Shown here one piece after another: positions 54,067-64,000 of a stretch of DNA of 64,000 nucleotides. The notes below the pieces were generated by a model. The model had not been told where the DNA came from. It worked only from the letters and a program-made list of their open reading frames with translations, and did not search any database. Made by a program: the position numbers and the translations under genes. Source of the DNA: Octopus vulgaris (Eukaryota); assembly GCA_951406725.2 (NCBI GenBank), contig OX597831.1, forward strand, positions 82,522,001 through 82,586,000, read 5' to 3'. Within the stretch, counting starts at the first letter, position 1; each line of letters starts with the position of its first letter.

Positions 54067-54498
54067 TGTATGTATGTATGTATGTATGTATGTATGTATG
54101 TATGTATGTATGTATGAATGTGTGTATTTGTATGTGTGTGTATACACAAATACGCACAGAACACACACCTACACAAAACACAAACGTGTATAAAAGCAAA
54201 ACATTAGATGCCTGCTTGTTTGTGCCACAAAATAAAAGCCTTCAGTGAATAGGGTCAAGAAGAATGGAGTAATTCTGTATCTCCTCCTCAGGCCATTGTC
54301 CTCAGCTTCACACAGCCACATTCATCAGGCACTGACAAAAGTGGTAACATGAGATTCAGAGTCGTCATCAGTGGTGAAGGCATATTAATTATATTTATTG
54401 TAAGAGTTTATAAACGGGCATCGTAACAGTATTTCACCATAAAACACTACTTCAGCAAAACAATCCAATTCGTAGTAGCACAGGAAGAGAGAGAGAGG

Positions 54499-54530
<32 letters not shown>

Positions 54531-55116
54531 GTGCGACAGTGCTTTGGGGTTTGTTAAATGCAAACAGAATAACTGATCTGAAGCAGAGCATCATTTAAAT
54601 GATTGAACCCATCTTTTGCATTCTTCGTTGTCTTTTAACTGAATAAAGTTAACTTGATTCTCTAGTGAACGAAACCTTGGTTGGGATATGTAATCCTGTT
54701 TACCTGACATATCTCTGACAATTATAAGTGTGTGTGTGTAAAATGATTGAAGAAATCCCTGGATTGACAGCAAAAATCTGAGATCACAAAACTTTCTACC
54801 AACAGAACATAGTGGTTGCTTGGGAATCAGGAAATTTCTGATGGAAAAATAAAATAATAAATACAGTAGAAATAGATAAGTAAAAATAAAGATTTATTCT
54901 CCCATTTTTACCAGTGATTATCTCTACATATTTATAGTGTCTGGTTAATGGAACAGCAAAACAATACTGTTGTTGTTGTGGTTGGTGTTGGGGGTGGCAG
55001 TGCTAATCTAAGTAGAACACTATATTCAGGATAATCCTGAATACAGATGCAGTAATCTATGTCTTGAAAATGGTACATCTAAGTAGGAAGCCAGATAGCA
55101 GATGGAGAGAGAGAGA

Positions 55117-55161
<45 letters not shown>

Positions 55162-55792
55162 CTGTTTATCTCTCTCTCTCTCTTTATATATATATGTATG
55201 TATATATATGGATAGATAGATAGATAGATAGAGAGGGAGAGTAACCTAACTTTATAATGAGAAAGAGGCAGAAGGAGTATACAGACATAGAAATAAAGAG
55301 GGGAAGCAAAACAGACTGGAAAATAGAGGAGGAGGAGAGGGAGGAGAGAGCAGAAGAGAGTGAGAAAAAGAGAAGGACTAAGATATTGAGAGTGGTGGGA
55401 GAGAAATACAATATAGTCATTAATGACAATAAGTAAAAAAGGAAATGTTTGTGATGGAATCTATAAAAAGAGTAATGGGGGTGGGGGTGGGAGATTAGTT
55501 GTGAAAGTAAGAAAGAAAATCAGATAAATATGGAAATTATCGACGTGTGTGTGTGTGTGTGTGTATATATCTATATATATATATATCATGTATGCAAAGT
55601 TTCAATAAAATGAATTTAATAAGAAAGATAACCACTCAGAGTAGCACCCCATGATCCAGTAATGTTGGAAGATTTGTGAATTGAAGAATGACTTTGTACC
55701 TTAAAAAGAACCACCCCTTTTTAATAGCATTTTCCTTTCTCCTTTTCTCTTTCATATTATTATAATTATAATTATTATTATTATTATTATTG

Positions 55793-55863
<71 letters not shown>

Positions 55864-57435
55864 GTTGTTATTATTATTCCACCCAGTCAAGAAATGGGTG
55901 TAAGACGAGCTTGAATGGAATGTCATGATGCTAAAGAATAAATCTTAGAATTGGTGTTTTTTAGTTTGGTTGTTGGCACCAGTGGAAGAGAAAGTTTTTT
56001 GAATATAGCTGAGTGAGATGAAGGAGAGAGAAGAAAACCACTTTAGAAGCAGCATTTCTCGAAGACAGCACTCAATAAACCAACAAGAATGACAGAAATA
56101 AAAGATGGAAAAAGATTTTAGTTTCAAAGAACAAAGTATTTGGGAAATGCGTTTGGAGAGGTGGAGCGAAATCTGAGAAGATATCACAGAACGAATAAAC
56201 TTGGTATTTGCAAATGGGTGGGGATTTGTTTTGTTTTTTTTTAATTTTTGTTTGTTGTTCTCTGCTGTGAAAGACATTTCTTTAGAGATAAATGTCCATG
56301 TTAAATGGAAAGTAGAAGAATAAATATCGAACGAAGAGAATGGCTTTTGTGGTTAGAAACTCACCAACTTTCAATGGTTGTTGTGGTTGTGTACAGGAGT
56401 GGTTTAGTTGGATTATTCCTTCACATTGACACTTGCACACACATGTATACTTATATATATACTCACACGCATATACTGTATGGATAGACAGTGTGGTGCG
56501 CTGAATGCTGTCCATAATCAATTCATAATTTATTGAAATTTTCCTCGTGAACAGAGAAGGAAAACAAGAACCTAGTGGTAGTAATTGTTGGCATCTTTGA
56601 GTGTGGGAGGGTAGATGATCTTTAAACTGTATGAATAATTTTCTAGTTAGATTAAGAGAGACAGTCTAAAGGTGAGCTATGGACTTGCTCTCATCTGGTC
56701 AGTCTGTCTTGGTCCAGATACTGACTGTATAACAAGGACAGCCAATTGTTGAGTATACACTTGGTGAAGGAGACGGTTGAAGATTTACACTGTTTCTACT
56801 ATAAGTTTTTCTCCATAGTTTTTAACCAGGGAACATTGAATGAGTTTATGGCTGAGTGTTGCAGGGGAATTTGAAGACGTTTGCTGGATCAAAACATAAT
56901 TCTGGGTTGTTTAATTCCACTGCATACAGAGATTAGATTTACCAACGTCTTGTAATGAAAATCTGGTGGACAAAATATGTGAGTTTGTGTGTGTGTGTTT
57001 GGAGCAGTGTGAAATGGTGCAGTGTTGGGGGCGGTTGATGGGGGGAGGTTGTCCTGATGTTTCCAGTGCTATCATAGTGTTTCCTCTGTTGGGTTAAAGT
57101 ATGTCCAGTGTCTACTATGGTCAATCTTTTATATCTGACCGATCGGTGATATTGTGTGTGTGTGTGGTGAATGAATTAGTTTATGATGGTGATGTTATTG
57201 AGTGCTGATTGTGTCAGGTTCTGCATTTTGTGTTGAGAAGGAACGGGGCCTGCGTTCTGGAATTGAAAGTGTTTTGTGCTAAGATGTGGCTCTGTACACC
57301 AAAAGTAGGAATAGCTTTGGGGACAGAGTGCCACCCTAGCAGACATCCTTTGGCTTGTACTGTTTGTATTTGTATATATGTGTGTGTGTTGGAATTACAA
57401 GGTGGCTGAAGGGCTCAGTTTCGTGTGTGTGTGTA

Positions 57436-57469
<34 letters not shown>

Positions 57470-57718
57470 AGTGTTATATACATGTGTGCTTTTGTATGCA
57501 TGCATATGTATAAGTATGTACATAGATGAGTATGTGTATGCATGTGTGTGTGTGTGTACTCATGCACCTGCATGTATACGTTATACATGTGTGAGTAGAT
57601 GTCTGTGTAAGTATGTCTGTAATTAGGCAGAACAAATTATAAATTCCAATCTATTCAAGAAATTGTAATTCAATTCCAATCAGTGAAAACAATAAATTAA
57701 AATCTTTAATGAAGTTAC

Positions 57719-57758
<40 letters not shown>

Positions 57759-58887
57759 GTGGTGGTGCTTGTTGGTGTGGCGGTGGTGATGGGGGGATGG
57801 GGGGTGGAGAGATGATAATGATGGTTATTTCAGCATAATAGTAGTAGTGTTGTGTGCAGGGGAAGGGGATTGAGGTAGTGTAGTGATAATGATGTTACTT
57901 GTTAATTAATGCTTATTAATTAATTAAGGTGGTGGTGTGAACCCTAGTGTACATGTGTGGGGAGAATGCAGAGTGATGATAGTGTAGATTGGTAATTAAG
58001 ACTGTGTAGGTTAATTGTGTTGTGGGGAGGGTATGGGGCAGGTAAATGCATGGGTGGTGGTGGTGGTGAGGGGAGGTGTTGTGGGCACTTGCATGTATAA
58101 TAGAGAGAGAGAGAGAGAGAGAGAGGGGGTAAAGTTAGAACAATTTAAATACAATGAAAATGAGGTTAAGTAATGAGAGAGAGAGACAGACAGACACAGA
58201 GTGAGAGAGAGATAAAAACAAAAAAAAAGATAGAAGCAGATAGAGATGAAGGGGAGAGAGAGAGAGAGAGAGAGAGAGAGTAATGGCCATTTGTTAACCA
58301 CTGACTTTGAGTCTGTCTATAAGCTTCCCTTAAACTGGGGTCTAGCTTTCATTGGAAATTTCACTATACCATGTTATTGTCATAATTCATTCTTCTCTAC
58401 CTGATGGTCATGTCTGGTGTTACTTCTTACCAGACACACCCTGCTTAGTGATCTCACTCTTCCCAGCTTCATCTCCTCTCCATAAATCCTACGAACGTTG
58501 AATGAAGACCGAAAAAACAAAAAATTAAGCAAATCTTCAGTAGTTTCAACTTCACAATGGTTGGACTTCGATCAAAGCCATTACACACTTCCTTTCATCT
58601 GACCCCCTCCCTCCACCAACATCATTACAAAAACTACTTATGTCACACACACACACACACACACGCACACACGTGCATACACGCGCACCAAAGACTGCAT
58701 CCCAGCTCCAACACTACATGAAGAGAGCCATGAAAAATACTTCAGCTGTGACCACTCTGTGTAGACCTCAACAGCCACCACACCCCCACCCACTACTGTT
58801 CCTAGGCCTGGGATTGTGTTGCTGTTGTTGTTGCTGCTCTACACAAACATTCTTGACCAACACCACCTGGCACAAGGCCAAAGACTC

Positions 58888-59047
58888 AACACCACCACCA
58901 CCACCACATCCCCACCACCACATCCCCACCACCACATCACCACCACCACCACATCACCACCACCACCACATCACCACCACCACCACATCACCACCACCAC
59001 CACCACCACCACCACATCACCACCACCACCACCACCACCACCACCAC
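58888..59047. repeat. (CAC)n tract with periodic CACAT interruptions
   Basis: Directly visible. Confidence 0.9.
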
Positions 59048-59448
59048 AATCAGCCATTACATTATGTCAGCCACACAACTGCTACTCTACTCGCTAAGTC
59101 AACTACATTTTGATATCCCCTACATCTATGTAAGCATATACATCTATATCCATTTATTCTTTTATATGTTTGAGCCCTAAGGTTGTGGCCAGGCTGGGGC
59201 ACCACCTGTGTGTGTGCATATATATGCATATATATATGGAGAATTGAGTGAGTGGAGCAAGAACACACATGGAAACGAAAAGTGTCGCTGAAGAGGCCGC
59301 AGATATGTGACAAAAGATTTCCGGACAATGGACAGGTGTTACAATAATAAAATAACGTTAATAAATGAGTGAAGAGAAAAAGGCAACAGCAATGTCCTCT
59401 CAACGATTCCCCAGAGAGGATTTCTAAAATGAGAATATCGGAAATAAA

Positions 59449-59709
59449 CTAGAATGCTCTCACAAATGAGAATATTGAAAATGGACTCGACTGTTCTCAA
59501 GAATTAAGTAAAAAGACAGGAAAAATAATCCAGCATCTTTGTCCGGTACTGGATCAGTCCCCAAATCTCATCAGTCTGTATTAGTCATCAGAACAAACAT
59601 CCCTGGAAGTTTCATCCGAATCCATCCAGCAGTTCTTGAGATATCTTATCCATGGTCAAACAAACAGACACAACTGATAAACAATACCTCTGCCTAAGAC
59701 GGAGGAAAT
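59449..59709 (-). mobile_element. Short Helitron/Helentron-type non-autonomous element, different family
   Basis: Minus strand starts with hairpin cctccgtc-tta-ggcagagg then tattgttt, and ends with hairpin tctca-tttg-tgaga followed by gcattCTAG|T. Confidence 0.6.
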
Positions 59710-59834
59710 GAAATGACCATCCTGAAGTACGACAATAAATGTTTCAACACATGGTTTCACATCAGGAATCTTGCAATATGGATTAATAAACATAACATAT
59801 ATATATATATATATATATATGCATATATATCATA

Positions 59835-60135
59835 ATCATCATCATCATCATCATCATCGTCGTTTAATGTCCGCTTTCCATGCTGTCTTGGATTGGACTG
59901 AAGACTGATGAACCAGGTGGCTGCACCAGACTCCAGTCTGATCTGGCAGAGTTTCTATAGTTGGATGCCCTTCCTAACACCAACCAGTCTGAGGGTGTAG
60001 TGGGTGCTTTTACGTGCCACCGGCACGGGGGCCAGTCAGGTGGTACTGGCAACAGCACTCTCATATGGTGCTTTTTATGTGCCACCTGCACAGGAGCCAG
60101 TCCAGTGGCACTGGCAACGACCTTGCTCAAATATT
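59835..60135 (-). mobile_element. RTE-tailed retroposon, inverted homologue of 3795-4119
   Basis: Reverse complement of the 3830-4119 segment, including the ggcacgtaaaagcacc subrepeats and the (GAT)n tail. Confidence 0.8.
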
Positions 60136-60440
60136 TTTTCATATGCCACTGGAGATATGCTGTAACTGCGAAAACCTGACAAATAAAGTGAGTTCATGGC
60201 TCGCAGGACGGCCTACTGTGCTCACCTTGGATCGTAGGGTGACCTGCTGTGCTTGAGGAGACCTACTGAGTCAAGTACATCAACATCAAAATAAAAATTA
60301 AATGGATATTGTAGTTGTGATACCCGTGCCGGTGGCACGTTGGGCCTCACAGACGGAATGACGAAAGACTGAGACCTCTGAGATATGCTGTGACGGTGAA
60401 GACCCGACAAATATATACATAAGATATACATATACTTATT

Positions 60441-60499
<59 letters not shown>

Positions 60500-60512
60500 G
60501 TATATATATGTA

Positions 60513-60706
60513 CTTTATTTAAAGCAGCAGAAAATTCAACAAAACCTGTTACTCTGAGTTTCCTGTTGCTGATGAACGGCAACGAGAAGCTCAGAGTAAC
60601 AGGTTTTGTTGAATTTTCTGCTGCTTTAAATAAAGCATATTACTCTACCACTGGTAATTGAGTACTCTTTTTTCCACCTTGTTTCACATTTACGTGTTTA
60701 CTCCGG
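60513..60706 (+). mobile_element. Penelope-like 3' remnant with inverted 5' arm and a decayed hammerhead motif (60569-60602)
   Basis: 50-bp inverted arms 60513-60562 / 60586-60635; CUGAUGA ACG GCAA CGA GAAG CUCAGAG UA ACAG; AATAAA downstream; (TA)n on both sides. Confidence 0.7.
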
Positions 60707-61212
60707 TATATATATATATATATATGTATGTATATATATATATGTATATATATATACATATATATATACATATATATATATATGTATATATATACATATA
60801 TACATATATATATACATATATACATGCATATATAAACATATATACATGTTTTACTGTGCAGGTGGTACGTAAAGAGCACCCACTACACTCACGGAGTGGT
60901 TGGCATTAGGAAGGGCATCCAGCTGTAGAAACATTGCCAGATTAGACTGGAGCCTGGTGCAGCCTTCTGGCTTCCCAGATCCCGGTCGAACCGTCCAACC
61001 CATGCTAGCATGGGAAAACGGACGTTAAACGACGACGATGATGATGATGATACATGCATATATATATATATACATACACATATATATATGTATGTATGTA
61101 TATATATATATACACACATGCGTACACATTACCTTCTATATCAATAAATAAAGTGCATAAATATATCAATTACCTCAGTGTATGTCTATCTCTCTGTTTG
61201 TTTAGATATCTA

Positions 61213-61253
<41 letters not shown>

Positions 61254-61547
61254 ATAGACAGATAGAAAGAGGGGTTAGGGAGAGGGAGACGCTTTAGCAA
61301 TGACTCCATAATGGTTATTGGACAGTTTAGTGTGTCACAGTCTTAAGTAGTTCCATCCACAGCAAGTATCCTCAGAGTCTGGAATTCCTGTTAAATGAGA
61401 ATGGCATATATGTGAGGGGTGTGTGTGTGTGTGTTGGAGGGAGTCTACTTTTATTTATATTTTTAATCACTTCTCTCCCATTGTACTTAAATTTTTCTGA
61501 TCAAACGGTGAAACCAGTTCCTTCAAATACAGAAATATATATATATC

Positions 61548-61614
<67 letters not shown>

Positions 61615-62083
61615 GAGAAATAGCAATCAAAATAATCCACCAAAATTGAATGAATTTTAAATATTAATTGAAAGTTGTCAGGGAAAAACCTCAATCATTG
61701 CTTAAAAAAAAAGTAAAAACCGATAATCTTGCCGAAATTATTCAATGTATGATTGATGGATTGTCTGTTTCTTTTGATTGGAAAATACATGTTCGATTAA
61801 AAAGCTGAAAATAATGAAAGGCTGGAACAATAAATGGTTATTGAAGAAACTGTTGAAAGCCATGAATTAGTGGAATGGCTTATTTTTAACTCTAGCAACT
61901 GTATTTAGTGGAATATATCAGTTTGGTTTCTAGGGAAATGGTTCTTCAGAATATCTAGCTACTCTTCAACAATGCAACATCTCTGTGGAATATGAAAATA
62001 GTTTTAAATACGTCATATTCCTTGAAAGAATTTGGATTTGGATGAGTAGAAAAGCCAAGCTTGTAGTTTTGTAAAACTTCTAA

Positions 62084-62478
62084 TCTCTATCTATATAAAA
62101 CTGAAGTTGTCTGTGTCTGGCAGGTTTGGTAGCCTTCATCTAACACTATCTCCTCCGAGACCCTGTGGCACAAGTTGACCAAAATTGAAAGTATGATAGA
62201 AAAAGGCTTGCTCTTCCTTCCGTAGTAGAAAAAATTCAAATCGGACCATGTTAATACCAAAAGTTATTTACATGAAAAAGGTGCTTTTTTTCTATGAAAA
62301 TTCCTATTTTTTACGACTTTTTGACTGCTGTGTCGCCATTTTTTGGAGTATTTCAACTAGAAAAATGTTCACTTAAAGAAAATAACAAGATACATAATGC
62401 AAAATTTTTACTTTTCAAAAATTCCAATTCTAAAGGGCCGAAAAGAAAACAAGCCCGAGCAACACTGGGCTATACTTG
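62084..62478 (+). mobile_element. Non-autonomous Helitron, same family as 9219-9614
   Basis: A|TC start, gcccgag-caaca-ctgggc subterminal hairpin, and CTTG|T end (decayed CTAG). Confidence 0.78.
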
Positions 62479-63129
62479 TTTAATCATCATCATCATCATT
62501 TAACATCAATTTTCCATGCTGGCCTGGGTTGGATGGTCTGATAGGAGCCGACTAGGCAGAGAGCGGCACCAAGCACCAGTTGCCTGATTTCTATGGCTGG
62601 ATGTCCTTCCTAATGTCAACCACTTCACTAAGTGTACTGGGTGTTGTTTTGTGTGGTGCTAGCATGGGTGCTTCTAATGTGGTGGCATCGGCTACATATA
62701 CACACTGTTATACTTGAAAATACTTGCTAAAATAAACCTCGAAGTACTCAACATGGGTGTCAACAACAAAGTGTTTCTAGTTTTCTGATTGAGAATTCTT
62801 GGACAATTGTATCGAAAGGCCAAACTCATAATTTGAAGTTATCTTAAATTACATGCATCATCATTATCATCAGTTTATATCCACAACTTGGTTGAACAGG
62901 TTTTGGTTGGAGTTAGCTCTTATTTGAAGTTACTGCCCTCCAAGAAGGGTTGAAGACTGCAGCTCACCATTTTCCACATGGTTCCTACAGCTGGAGAACC
63001 CACCCTGTTACTGAACTCTTAACAATGTATTTGACATATGTCACCAAGGCCCCACCATTAGAGAGGTAACTTTGTCCACTTGAAGAGCAAAAAAAATTGT
63101 TCCCTATCGTATGTTGTCTCCATTTCTTG

Positions 63130-63420
63130 AAGACAAATGCGATGCAGAGTGCGAATAGAAGACAGTGATGAAAGATAAGTAAAGGAAAGTGCACGAGGAT
63201 GGAGGTGATGGAGGGAATCAGTTGGGAGGAGGGTAAGAGTGGAGAGTAATGGAAGAGAGACAATGATAGACAGTTACATGTTAATTGTTAAGGAGGATAA
63301 ATTGCATGATGGGATAGCAGAAGAAAGATGCACGATAGTAAGAGTGGCAGAGGTCAATAAAGTGGCTCTTAAGATAAAGAAAATGATGGTTTTAAAGAAG
63401 GGTGACAGAACAGGATTTAG
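63130..63420 (-). mobile_element. Possible ancient Jockey/CR1-like LINE 3' fragment
   Basis: Weak peptide resemblance only (LLTSATLTI..SAIP; SSQLIPSITSIL..HHCLL). A similarly decayed piece may lie at 36350-36700. Confidence 0.3.
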
Positions 63421-64000
63421 ACTGATCTGACAGATGAGAAGGAGACAGAAATTTATCTGGAATATAATAAGAGAAACCCACTCAACCATCATCACGATTC
63501 TTATTGTAAAGACTGTTTTACCATATTTGCACCAGTGGACAGGTCTTCTCCAATTCTGTGTGTGACCAAATATCAGGGCTCTTAGTCAAGTTCAGTTTTT
63601 TGAGATCAATCAGCACAACTTCATAACTAGTCTTACAACATCTCCTTCTTCCACAACTCTCTGCCACATCAAGCGCTCAACATTTCTTTATAATTTGACT
63701 GACCTCGTCCACACACACATTTCTTCCCCCTCTCTCTGTCTTTCTTTCTCTTCCTCTCCCTCACACACACGCAGGCGTGCTTTTATTGATTCCAGCCTTA
63801 TATATATATATATTTGTATGTATATACCGTTACGTGTATGATGTTCATGGCTAAACACATGTTCTTTTATTAGTTTCAGCCCCACCCTACCACACACATA
63901 TATATATATTTGTAGATAAATACACACATATATTAATGCTATATTAAAACAAAATTTTATCTAAATACAAAATAAATTTATAAATAAATCATTTTATTTC

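Noticed and set aside
58640-59113. 157-aa His/Pro/Thr-rich ORF resembling a transcription-factor low-complexity region
   Set aside because: Built from (CA)n and (CAC)n repeats, with no domain or splice support, and antisense to CASK.

Overview
AT-rich, microsatellite-dense animal genomic DNA. The SINE, RTE and Penelope repeat families look like those of Octopus; this assignment is from recall and was not checked by a search. Almost all listed ORFs are artefacts of simple repeats. The only host coding sequence I can support is two 87-nt, phase-0 exons on the minus strand (45069-44983 and 27322-27236). Spliced, they read LYDRINSQNFQPGSITPSPTSDAVSQTRD|ILDALSDYSDTCANESDELKSLLTKPHVQ, the L27A-end/linker/L27B part of the MAGUK scaffold CASK (LIN-2). 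I found no flanking CASK exons, so the whole window is probably CASK intron plus these two exons. The introns contain a TTAA piggyBac deletion derivative, a hAT MITE with an 8-bp TSD, three non-autonomous Helitron-like elements, RTE LINE fragments (one with a PHD finger and no RT core), a Dong/R4-type remnant in a (TAA)n tract, and many tRNA-derived SINEs. The most notable non-obvious signal is a set of short cassettes embedded in (TA)n tracts that carry type I hammerhead-ribozyme motifs of the Penelope-like-element kind. One of them (1786-1849) is near-canonical and lies sense to CASK. Several fold-back structures and a 135-bp local duplication are also present.
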